The position numbers and the translations under genes were made by a program. Source: Camelus dromedarius (taxonomy: Eukaryota). From it: a stretch of DNA of 64,000 bases. The stretch covers positions 44,020,001 through 44,084,000 of the forward strand of contig NC_087453.1 of NCBI RefSeq assembly GCF_036321535.1, in the 5' to 3' direction. The notes beneath the pieces are model-generated. The model did not search any database, had not been told where the DNA came from, and saw only the letters and a program-made list of their open reading frames with translations. Below, one piece after another: positions 37,531-48,594 of this stretch; the first letter of the stretch is position 1, and each line of letters starts with the position of its first letter.

Positions 37531-37845
37531 TATGCAAACAGAGACAAATTAGCATACACGATGACAGAGGGCAATTTTTATTTTATTATGTAACCCACAC
37601 AAAATCCCAGGCCTTCAGTGGCCCAGTCTTACCACTTTGTCCCATTCAAAGAAACACAGTTCAGCAAATAAAAGCAATTTAAAAATGAACAGCCTTGGCA
37701 AGCATCTGTCAAAGAACATTAAAGGGGCTCTAATTCTAAACCCACAGCAATTTAAAACCAAATTCCCTGCAGGGTAGCAAGGTCACAGCGCGGCAAGAGG
37801 GGTTTAGGAGACAGAAGAAGTGCTAGCGGAGGTCAAGGAGGGCTA

Positions 37846-37905
37846 CCTGCAGCGGGCTGATGCCTGCAGCGGGCTGATGCCTGCAGCGGGCTGATGCCTG
37901 CAGCG
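37846..37905. repeat. 17-bp tandem repeat, 3.5 perfect copies (cctgcagcgggctgatg)
   Basis: Units at 37846, 37863 and 37880, with a partial unit at 37897. Confidence 0.95.
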
Positions 37906-38859
37906 AGATGGACGGATGGCGTTAACTAGGGAACCAAGCGGCTGAGAGGCCCCTCCGGGCAGAAGGGACAGTCTGAGCAGAGGTGGGAAGATGGGGGTGT
38001 TCTGGGAAAGTTCTATTTGAGCAAGGTCTAAATAAGGGAGTGATGGAAGAGAGACCCAGAGAAACAGGCTTACAGGGGAAGTCCCGTAGTTGTGCTAAGC
38101 CTGCCGGGGGGGCTTCAGAGGGTTTTGGCCAAAAGGGACATAGTGAGACCTGCACTGTTCACACAGCCATCCGGGGGTGGGTGGGGGGTGCACTGGGTGA
38201 GGGCAGAGAAATGTGGGGCAGGAAAAAGAGGAGATTTTGGAGACTCACTGTTCGGCTTGGACTGGAAGGTGAGAGAGCAGGGTAGGTCCAGCTGAGTCTC
38301 AGGTTCCCATTTGGGGGGACAGGTGGATGCGGGTTGCCAGGGGAGGCAGGGAAAATGGGGTTAGGCCCCACTTTGCAGAGAAATGTGGGCTTGGTTTTGG
38401 CCACATTGGCTAAGGTGGGGACAGCATCCAGGTTCAGAGTTCAGCAGGGGACTGAGTGCTGGAGTCAGAGAGCCCACAGGGGGTCAGGCTGGCCATGGGG
38501 ACAGGGCTGGAGGGGCTGTCAGCTGTTGCTGAGAGTCGAACAAGGAGCGTGGAGGGGCAGCGGGGAGCGCTGGGCGCAGGAGAGGACCTGGCATCACAGC
38601 CTTGGTGTGGATGGAGGAGAGGCACCCACTGTGGGCCAACGAGGCAGCGGTGGCCGTGCAAGGGAGGAGCAGATGGAGGGGTCGACGTAAGGCCAGGGGG
38701 CTAAGGCTTCAGCCTGCAGAGAAGCTTCAGTGCCTGGGGGGAGTGATGGAGCCAGAGCCAGGAGTCAGGCTGGCTGTGGTGGGAGAGAGGCCAGGGGCAG
38801 CCGCAGTATCTGAACACAGGGACTGGAGGGGAGGCTGAGTGAGCCCAGGATGCTAGGAT

Positions 38860-39010
38860 CGCACTGCCTGGGTCCACGCCCAGCTCTGCTGCTTGCTGCC
38901 TGTGTGACCTTGGGCAGATCACCTAACTTCTTTGTGCCTCAGTTTCCTCATCCATAAAACTGCAGTAAAAGTATATACCTCAAGGGTTGTCGTGAGGATA
39001 AAATGAGTCA
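38860..39010 (+). mobile_element. MIR SINE
   Basis: gtgtgaccttgggcagatcacctaacttctttgtgcctcagtttcctcatccataaaa...gggttgtcgtgaggataaaatgag. Confidence 0.85.
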
Positions 39011-39169
39011 GCAAGTGTATGTTATGACATGATACATAGTATGTGCTATGTCAAAACTGCCGGTGTTACAGCTCTTCCAGAATTTGTCTGGCAGGTTTTC
39101 CGGTCTGCACCAGAAAGCCCCCATGAAAACAAAAAACAAACAAACAAGACAACCTGCTATTATTATATT

Positions 39170-39187
39170 ACACACAACATGTGTAGG

Positions 39188-39218
<31 letters not shown>

Positions 39219-39480
39219 TGCAGCGTATAGAATATAAGGTATATATTATACAGTACATATAGTATGAATATGCAATATGTGCTGTATACAGCTAGCATGT
39301 ACGCTATATATGTAATATTATAATAAATACTATTATAACACATACGTAACAGCATGTATGATATTTACACTCTAACACAACTGCAGTATGTACTGTGCAC
39401 ACTGTATTTAATGTGTGTTACACTGTTAGACGTAACATGCTGTGTAGCTGTGTTCCCTGCTGTCATGGATACGCGGCACC
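39170..39480. repeat. (TG)n followed by TA/CA-rich low-complexity tract
   Basis: tgtgtgtgtgtgtgtgtgtatatatg...tatatattatacagtacatatag. Confidence 0.85.
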
Positions 39481-41284
39481 TGCTATTACTGTAAAAGTTA
39501 CTATCAGCAGCATCACTCTTACTAGAATCCTTTCAATGCCACAGGTGCCGATTTAACAGAGAAGCGGTGAGGCCAAGGTAGAACTTTTGATCCCAGGTAG
39601 TTGTGTGGGTGTTGACACTACGACCAGAAACAGAGAATCTGGTGTGTGTGTGTGTGTGTGTGTGTAATGAATGTGGCTGTAAACACGAAACTGGGGAAAG
39701 GGTTGACAGAGCTCTTGTGAGCCGTCTGGTTCAACCTGCTCATCTCCCGATGAGAAGTGGTTCCCTGAGCTGCCCCCTCCCTCTTGCACGCCTGGATTTG
39801 GGTAGAATCTGATGGACGTGGTCAGCACAGAGGTGAGGGCGGAGTGGTGGGGAGGCCTCCCTACTGGAAGCTCTGCTGTCCTTCCTTTACTGGGGGTCCA
39901 GCTTGACCATCTCCTCTGCCCCCCGCCCCGCCACGCTTTCACCGTTATGACATTTAGAGACTGTCCTCTGCCCCCAAGGCTGTTGATGTTTGCTCTGGAG
40001 GGACTCCTGTTGGGAAGCTCAGAGAACACTCAAAAATATTAACAGGTCAGTGCTTCAAAAGCCCAGGTTAAAACAGAAAGGAGCCGGGGCTGGTCTGGTC
40101 CTCAAGCCTGAGAACCGTGTCTCCTTAGAGACATCACCTCGGGGAGCGGGCAGATGGGCGCCGCCCAGGGGTTCCGAGGATGCAGGGAGTCCCAGCGGTC
40201 CTTTGGTATTTCCATAAAGACTCCACTGAGTTTCAAAACGTATTCTCTGTGACTTCCCCATCATCTTGGCTTGAAAGAAAAGATAGTAATTTCAGGCAGT
40301 TTGTGATTCAAGACGTATTATGAAACATGTATTTCCAGGTACATTTTGGGATGTTGTCAGAATAAATCTAATCACTGCCTTTTCTCCCCTGGGTTGTTAT
40401 GAGGCAAATCTGTGATCTATGCTGAGTTTGTCTTCCTACCATGTCAACCTCCCCACGCCCCGTTCTTCTCACAGATCCCGGGCTCGTGTGCTGTCCAGAG
40501 ACCCCCTGCGAGCCCCCCACGGTCCCCTGCCCTCCTGTGTGCACTCCCGCCCTGCTCACCCCAATGGCCGCCATCCTGCCCTGGGTCAGTCTCAGCGGGG
40601 GCTGTCCAGCAGGGAGCAGGGCCCAGCGGGGGCCCTTGCGTGAGGATGGGGGGCAGGAGGGCCGCTGGGATCGGGGTCCAGCGGCTATTCCATAGGTGAC
40701 AGCTGATGACATGGACATCATTTGCAGATATGAGGGGAAGAGAGACGTAAGGGGCACCGGGAGCCAGGGCGTGGTGAGTCTGCCCCACCCAGGCTGCTCG
40801 GCTCTGCCAGACTGCAAGTGCCAGAATCGTGACTGGCATTTCCAGCTGAGTCTTCCCAATTCGGACACTTTTTCAAACTACGCAATTTTTAGAGCATGAC
40901 TCTGGCGTGATGGAGCCCACTCCAAAGGGTACTAAGTGTGAGTTTAAACTACAACTGCCTGCAACAGTGTAATACTGGGTTTTTAAAAGCCTCAGAAAAT
41001 AGCATAGACCATGACGTACTTTTAATTCAATTAGAAGCAAGTAAAATGAAACATATTTTTTAGAAATACGTATGTGTTAAAACCGTATGTAAGAAAATGC
41101 AGGTGTTAAGTCTGCAGTTACCTCAATTGTGGAGGGAAAGAGATAGAAGGGGGAGAAGCACATGGATAGATGTAAATTTTGGGTCGACATTTTGGTCTTG
41201 TGTTCACGGTGTATTCATGCCCATGAATTATCTTCTATTACTAAAATAATATGAATTAAAATGTACAGACCAATGATGGATCTG

Positions 41285-41500
41285 ATTAACACTAATTCAT
41301 ATGCCAGATGTTGTTCTAAGCACCTTGTAAATATCATCAACGTGTTGAATTCTCAGAGCAGCTCTGTGTGGTAGGCGTTATTAGTATTTCCATTTCCTTG
41401 AAGAAACTGAGGCACAGAGAGGTCAAGTTAGTGGCCCAACATCACAAAGCTGAGCTGGAGTTCTAACCCAGGCTGTGCTTCTCCAGACTCCTGCTCTCCT
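41285..41500 (-). mobile_element. MIR SINE
   Basis: atgccagatgttgttctaagcacc...gaaactgaggcacagagaggtcaagttagtggcccaacatcac. Confidence 0.85.
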
Positions 41501-41733
41501 AACACCAGTGTTAGGATTAATGTACTGCTGTGAACTTGAAGTCTATAAAGAAAGGGGGGGCAAGTTAACTGAAGGCACCGGTTTCTCCACGAAGCAGGGG
41601 TAAATATGCAGCGAAGGAGGGACGCCTGGCTTTAGTGTGGGAACAAAGAGGATGGTTTTGTATAGGACAGCCTTTCAGTTGGTTACCATCTCTACCCTCC
41701 CAGGCAAAATATTTGCACTTTAGCAAGGCCTTT

Positions 41734-42288
41734 AAAAAAAAATTTGAAGTACAGTTGATTTAAAATGGTGTGTTAATTTCTAGTGTACAGCAAAGTGATT
41801 CCGATATACACACACACATACACATATATTCTTTTTCAGATTCTTTTCCATTAGAGGCTATTACAAGATACTGAATATAGTTCCCTGTGCTCTACAGTGG
41901 TCCTTGTTGTTTATCTATTTTATATACAGTAGTGTATATCTGCTAACCCTAAACTCTTAATTTATACCCCTCCCCAATCCTTCCCCCCCCGATAACCGTA
42001 AGTTTGTTTTCTATGTCTGTGAGTCTGTTTCTTTTTTGTAAATAAGTTCATTTGTATCATTTTTTTAGATTCTACATATAAGTAATATCATTTGATGTTT
42101 GTCTTTCTCTGACTTACTTCACTCAGTATGATTATCTCTGTCTATCCATGTTGCTGCAAATGGCACTGCATTGTTCTTTTTTATGGATGAGCAGTATTCC
42201 ACTGTGTATCTACACCACATCTTCTTTACCCAACTGTCTGTCAGTGGACGTTTAGGTTGCTTCCATGTCTTGGCTATTGTAAATAGTG
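41734..42288 (-). mobile_element. Cetartiodactyl L1 3' end, 5'-truncated
   Basis: tttgaagtacagttgattt...gtagttccctgtgctctacag...tccatgtcttggctattgtaaatagtg. Near-TSD agcaaggccttt (41722-41733) and agcaagccttt (42289-42299). Confidence 0.9.
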
Positions 42289-42596
42289 AGCAAGCCTTTT
42301 TGGCTTAATGCTAACAATGGGAATTTGTGACACGGGTGATGTGAGGGCGATCTGTTGACGGAGGGAATCTTTGAGCTCTCTTTGGTGGCAATGCTGAGCT
42401 GGCCCTGACTAGGTGGATTCAGTGCCTCTCATTGTTTCGTCTCAGGAGCCATCATCTATTGAGCAAATATTGACTTTTTGAATTAACTCGTAATGTCTCC
42501 TGCAACAGAAGTCAGTATTTGTCGATAACATATCTAGTGACTAAGTTAAGTGAATTCTGCCCATCAAAAGGAGGACCCATGAGGGGTGCCTGCTTT

Positions 42597-43283
42597 TTTT
42601 TTTTTTAACATTTTTTTTATTGATTTATAATCATTTTACAATGTTGTGTCAAATTCCAATGTAGAGCGTGATTTTTCAGTTATACATGAACATATATATA
42701 TTCATTGTCACATTTTTTTCTCTGTGAGCTACCATAAGACCTTGTATATATTTCCCTGTGCTATACAGTATAATCTTGTTTATCTATTCTACAATTTTGA
42801 AATCCCAGTCTGTCCCTTCCCACTCCCCACCCCCTTGGCAACCACAAGTTTATATTCTGTGTCTATGAGTCTGTTTCTGTTTTGTATTTATGCTTTGTTG
42901 TTTTTTTTTTTTTTTAGATTCCACATATGAGTGATCTCATATGGTATTTTTCTTTCTCTTTCTGGCTTACTTCACTTAGAATGACATTCTCCAGGAGCAT
43001 CCATGTTGCTGCAATGNNNNNNNNNNNNNNNNNNNNNNNNNNNNNNNNNNNNNNNNNNNNNNNNNNNNNNNNNNNNNNNNNNNNNNNNNNNNNNNNNNNN
43101 NNNNNNNNNNNNNNNNNNNNNNNNNNNNNNNNNNNNNNNNNNNNNNNNNNNNNNNNNNNNNNNNNNNNNNNTCCTGAAGTAGGGTTCCTTCTGGATATAA
43201 GCCCAGGAGCGGGATTCCTGGGTCTTATGGTAAGTCTATTCCTAGTCTTTTGAGGAACCTCCATACTGTTTTCCACAGTGGCT
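42597..43283 (-). mobile_element. Young camelid-type L1, 5'-truncated (same family as 1506-2049)
   Basis: Poly(T), antisense 3' UTR and ORF2 end. Perfect 16-bp TSD gaggggtgcctgcttt at 42581-42596 and 43284-43299. Confidence 0.95.
43017..43171. other. Assembly gap/masked run (155 N) inside L1
   Basis: N-run seen directly. Confidence 1.
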
Positions 43284-43454
43284 GAGGGGTGCCTGCTTTC
43301 AATTTCTTTTTTTTCTTAATGTTAATAATATTTTCATTCATTATGTACATAATGTCATTTCAACATGAAATCAGTATAAAAATTATTGAGATATTTTACA
43401 TTATTTTTCTTATTAAATCTTTCAAATTCAGTGTGTTTTATGCACTTATATTAC

Positions 43455-44352
43455 AATTTGTTTTGGAACTTTATGGAAGAATAATTGACAAAAAAAATTG
43501 TATATATTTAAAGTGTAAAACCTGATGATTTGATATACATATACCACTGCAGAGTGATGACCAAGATCAAGATAACTGACACATCGGTCAGCTCCATAGT
43601 TACCTCTGTGTGTGTATGTGTGTTTGTGTGAGAATGGTTACAATCTACTCTCAGCAGTTTTAACTATACTGCACTGCCTACAACTATAGTCACCATGTTG
43701 TACCTTAGGGCTTCAGAATTTATTCTTCTTATAATTGAATCACCCCATATCACCCTCTGCCCAGCCCCTGGCAACCCTCATTCTTTTCTCTGTTTCTATG
43801 AAGTCAGCTTTTTTTTTTTTTTAGATTCCATGTATAAATGAGGTCATACAATATGTGTCTTTCTCCATATGGCTTATTTCACTTAGCATAAATCCCTTAA
43901 GGTCTGTGCATGTCATAAATGTCAAGATTTCATTCTTTTTTCTGGGTGAATTATATTCCATTGCGCGCGTGCACACGCGCGCGTGTGTGTGTATGTGTGT
44001 ATATATCATATTTTAAAAAAATCCATTCATCCGTTGATGGATAATTAAGTTGTTTCCGTATCTCAGCTATTGTGAATAATGCTGCCGTCAACATGGGGGT
44101 GCAGACGTGTCTTCAAGATATTGATTTCATTTCCTTTGGAGAGATACCCAGGAGTGGAATTGCTGGATTGTATGGTAATTCTATTTTTAATTTTTTGAGG
44201 ACTCTCCGCGGTGTTTTCCGTGGTGGCTGTACCAGTTTACATTCCCACCAACAGTGCACGAGGGTTCCCTTTTGTCCCCATCCTCGCCAGCACTTGTTAT
44301 CTGTTGTTTTTTGATAATAGCCGTTCTTATAGGTGTGAAGTGATATATTATC
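43455..44352 (-). mobile_element. L1MA9-like 3' end with ORF2 C-terminal remnant
   Basis: Minus-strand [29 protein letters not shown]...[16 protein letters not shown], followed by 3' UTR. Confidence 0.9.
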
Positions 44353-44389
44353 GTAGTTGTAAGTCCCCTTTTCTTTTAAGTCAGACACT

Positions 44390-44512
44390 CTCTGTTCTCT
44401 AAGAGTGGTCCCCGGAAAGGCAGAAGGGCAGAAATAACATTACGCAGGAAATTTGTAGAAATTCACCTCAGCCCGGCTGCTTCCTTCCGGAGCTTTGGGG
44501 GTGGGGCCCAGC
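44390..44512 (+). mobile_element. MER5A, left portion (its remainder lies inverted at 45327-45365)
   Basis: ctgttctctaagagtggtccccgga...gaaatttgtagaaattc...tttgggggtggggcccagc, ending exactly at the Arthur1 terminus. Confidence 0.75.
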
Positions 44513-44732
44513 CAGCGGTGCGCTGGCAAAGTTTAACAACTGAGTCTCTAAAAAAAAAAAAAAGCAAATACGTATGTAAATAAGTTTATTATAAATTTTA
44601 CAGATATGCAGGCTACGTAGCACACAATTTACAAGTAATAATAATAAAATATTCAGTACTCCCTCTTATAAATTTCCTGTAGCACATTGATTTCCTCAGA
44701 ATATTTACATTGATTTTTGCCAAACTTTCGTC
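44513..44732 (-). mobile_element. Arthur1 (hAT-Tip100) 3' portion
   Basis: Terminus cagcggtgcgctggcaaagtttaacaactg, then aagtttattataaattttac...gcacacaatttacaagtaataat...ttgatttttgccaaactttcg, matching the recalled Arthur1 end. Confidence 0.75.
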
Positions 44733-44734
44733 TC

Positions 44735-44990
44735 TCCCCCCAGCCAATAAAACAGCTCCTGCCCACCATCACCTTCTACGACATCACTTTTCCTGTTTCC
44801 TTTGTAGCGCGTAGTAGTCCCAGTAATTATCCTGCTTGTCTGGCTTTTACTTGGTTTTTTATTCTCTCCCTCCTGGGATACAAACTCCTTCAGATCCGGG
44901 TCCTTGTCTGTCTCGCTCAGGGTTCTGCATCACCAGCATCCAGAACAGGCACATCACAGAGGCTTAATGAGCACTTGTTGAATAAATCAA
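44735..44990 (+). mobile_element. L2a 3' end (inside the inferred inversion)
   Basis: tacaaactccttcagatccgggtccttgtctgtctcgctc...ccagcatccagaacaggcacatcacagaggcttaatgagcacttgttgaataaat. Confidence 0.7.
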
Positions 44991-45326
44991 CCTACTTTAG
45001 ACTCAAGAAGACATGTCATTTGAGCAGGTGCACTGGCTGCAATTTTGTTTCGAGAGGATAAACTGAACCATAATTGGGTCTAGGGTTTATCTGGATCTCT
45101 ATTAATAGTTTACCAAACTGGGCTGAATCTGGAAGAGAAAAATCAAAGATTCAAAGTTGAAACCTTTTCTCATTCCTCTCTGCCTCTTTAGACAGATTTC
45201 TCCCATCCTCCCAAACTGAATTTGCCTAAACATTTAAGCACAGCATTAGGTTGGCCAGATCTTAGCACGTATCACTGGGTTAATTGCCGCTCAAAGCATT
45301 TCTTGTCCTCAGCCTCGGCTTTAGGC

Positions 45327-45365
45327 AGTGGTTCTCCACATTTAGCATCATCAGAATTACTGGCT
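45327..45365 (-). mobile_element. MER5A terminal piece (inside the inferred inversion)
   Basis: cagtggttctccacatttagcatcatcagaatt is the reverse complement of the MER5A right end. Confidence 0.65.
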
Positions 45366-46078
45366 CTATGATGTACTGGAGCGAGCCAGGGCAGCTCACG
45401 ACAGACGATTGTTAAACTGGTGACAATTTTGCAAGCCGATCGTGAAACACAGTTATCGTTAGAAAAGAAATAAAAAAATATGTATAATAAAGACGTTATG
45501 GTTTTTAACTAAATTAAAAACATTTTCTAACTATTGTACTTCCTGTTTCCGTGACGTCGCTCTTGAGGACATCTATCTATCGTGCTGGGTGGTGAAAACA
45601 GCATGAAACGGGGCCCTGCTGAGTCTCTTCCTCACTCCTGGTCCAGTGTCATGTGGCTTGAAATTGGCCGGGGAAGAAGTATTTACCCCACAGAGGCGGG
45701 CACATGCCACAGGTCCAGACCTGGCATATTATTTTGCTGATTGTCTAGACTTAAGAAAATGATGGAGAAAGTTTTAGTAATACAGATTAAATGTAAACAG
45801 GTCGGCCTGTAGCTCTTATACTGTGAATAGTGAAAAAACAAAAGTAAAGGTTTAAAACTGAGGAAACAGTCTTCCAGTATTTGCACATAAAATCCATTAT
45901 TCGATTCAGCAAAGAAGTTGCTCGTGTCATTGACAAACAAGTGACATTCAGATGCAACATACGTCTTCATTTCTTTCGCTTGCATCGTAACTCCTCAGTG
46001 TAAACAGAAATACCAATCAGCGTTCACGTCGGAATTACACTGATTCATCAATTGCGGCCGCACATTGTCTCTGATACC
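45366..46078 (+). mobile_element. Arthur1 (hAT-Tip100) 5' and central portion
   Basis: gtactggagcgagccagggcagctcacgacagacgattgttaaa...gcttgaaattggcc...gattgtctagacttaagaaaatgatggagaaa...gattcagcaaagaagttgctcgtgtcattgacaaacaagtg...gtcggaattacac...gatac. Confidence 0.8.
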
Positions 46079-46081
46079 AAA

Positions 46082-46520
46082 GTATCTGGGAGGGCCTCTT
46101 AGAGGAGGTGATCATTCAGTGACGAACTGAATGGCGAAAAGAATCCAGCCGTAGCATTCTGGGGTGAAGAGCATCCAGGCAGAGGGGACGGCAGTTGTAA
46201 AGGTCTTGAGGTGGAAACAGCCTTGCTGTGTGTAAGGCCTGCCTGGCAAGGAGGCCAGTAGGCCTGGGACAGGGTGAACAGGGTGGGGAAGACAGGAGAT
46301 TTGTCAGAAAGCAGACGGCAGGGGCCAGATCAGGTAAGGCCTTCTAGGCCACAGCAAATGTTTAGGATTTCATTCTAAGCGATGGGAAGCCTTTGGGAGG
46401 CTTAAAGCAAGGGAGTGATTGGTCTCATTTCTGCTTTAAAAAGATCACCGGCTGCTGAGTGGAGAATGGGCTGTATGCAGAAAGCAAGAGAGGAAGCCAG
46501 GAAATGCGTCGGGGGACTTG
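46082..46520 (-). mobile_element. L2a internal portion
   Basis: gggagggcctcttagaggaggtgatc...gagcatccaggcagaggggacggc...ggggccagatcaggtaaggcc...gatgggaagcc...ttaaaaagatcac. Confidence 0.85.
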
Positions 46521-48594
46521 CAAGAGTCCGTGGACCAGACACGGTGGTTCGGGATGGAAGTGGCCCGGCTCGGGGGGCTTTATAGGGAAGAGCAGATTCG
46601 ATGACAAATTCTTTATAAGTATAAAAGGAACCATTAACCCTACCATCTTTAAGCAAAATGGACTAGAATTCTCCGTGTCTATGCCTGTTAACACCTTGCC
46701 CACATTGGTCAATCTACTGCTTTCTACCTTCTTTACAGAATCATGTTTACAGTGTCCTAGGAAGGTGATGGCCTCTTCCTGGGGTCGATGCCCAAGGAGG
46801 CACCATTCGGAAGGTACTCCGTGAAGACTAATGCCACGGGCTTAGGTCGACAAGGGCCAAGCACGAGTGGGGAAGGGAGACCACCCTGGCCGCCCCTTGT
46901 ACCCGTGCAGGTGGCAGCAGCTATTACCGGTGTGTCTTTGTGCCCTTCCCACCCTGCCTGAATTGGGCAAGCAAGCCCCCCCGCTCGCATCTGGGGACTC
47001 CCACTTCTCCCATGTAACCGGGCCAGGTCGGGGTGTGCACTTGGTCAGGAGTGGGCCTGGCTCCCTAAGGACTCTGGCCTGCGGTGGCTTCAGCTGCGGC
47101 TGATTGACAGATGTCCTCTGGTGTGCATGGAACAGGAGCTGTGACCGGGAGGTGCACGGAGATCCTCAGCCTGCTGCTGAGGTCGTTACTAGGCTGCGTA
47201 TTTTGTACATTGTTTCACATACAGCTTTATTCACTGATTTAAAAAAGAAACGGACACAGTAGCACCTCATTTACTGCGCATTCTCTGCGAATGTGGCATT
47301 TCATATAAATGCACTTTTCCTATATGCCTTAAAGTGACAAGGCAGCTTTTTTTCCCACCATGAGTGGTTTTGAGCATTTTGGGGAGAAGTCTTTCTAAAG
47401 CAGGTGAGGCCCTTAAGCAGCACGTCCACGTGGTTTAACTTCCCCTGAGGACTCACGTTCGCCATTGTGATGGGAGTGACTCCTTTGCAACGTGACACAG
47501 CGACACAGCGGCTCCGTGCCCAAGGAAGCTGGCCTCCGTGTGAATCCCTTCATCCCCTTGCTCCTTCTGTGCAGAATCAGACCCTCCGTCCAGGGGTGTT
47601 CGTCACCAGCACCTACTCATAGAGCCCAGGGGTCACCCTTCACTGCTTCTTGTCAGCAAATTGGTGCTTTTACGAAGATGGCTTTTATTTGGGAGGTTTT
47701 GTCTAAGTTAGCTGGCCTGCTGTTCCTGAAAGCTGGAGTCTCCAGAAGCAATGACTGTGCTTTCTTTTCTCTTCTTTTTTTAAATCCATCTGAGTAGAAT
47801 GCTCTCTGTGTGACCCACCTACATTTGAGTATTACTGATCAATACAAAACCTTTTTATTACTGGTCCTGGTGCATATAAGCTGAGGAATACATGCGAGTC
47901 ATCAGAATGAGAAAGAAAAATGCCTCCTGGGTGATCCAAGCAGAAGCCGAAGGAAGAAGCTGACTCAGGGGCAGACCGGGAACCCCTCAGGATGTAAAAC
48001 AAGATCCGGGAGACCAGTGTCACCGGGCCCTGCCACTGTGGCCACGCCACCCCGTCCGGCCACGGGTCCAGCAGCCACGAATGGGGAGCCTTGGGGGGCC
48101 GTCACAGCTGCAGTGCACTGCAGGTTTTCTCAGAACTGGTTTGTGCCCTGAAAAGACCCTGCCTCCTAGGGGAGGTGACATCACGAAATCTTCTAGAGGG
48201 TCCCTACCCTGCTAGGATGTGGAGGAGCTGCCTTGCTCCCGAGTTTGCGCTGGGAAGAATTTGATGCAGGCATTTACTGGAAAACAGAAACGATGTCTTT
48301 CTTCCAGTCCCTGGGTTTTGGCGAGCAGAAGCCTCTTTCCAGTGCACTGGGGCGGACGTCCTTAGCTCAGCAGCAGCTAAGCTCCAACAGCAGGCTCGTG
48401 GGCGGCACGTGGAACGGGCTTCTCCGGGCGGCCAGACCCCAGACGTGCAGGTGGGAAGGGTCAGGGCTGCCGTCTGAACCAGACAGAGGAGCCAGGGGCC
48501 CAGAAAGTGTCCCTGTTTTGCCGGCTGTTTATTCTCTTCCTTTGGGGAAATATGTACTTATTTTGTAGCTATTTATACACAAATGCAGGTAATT

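Noticed and set aside
2275-46920. CTCF-like cores (2275-2290, 18983-18996, 46903-46918)
   Set aside because: Each has two or more mismatches in the 5' half of the core, and they cannot be supported without ChIP or a PWM scan.
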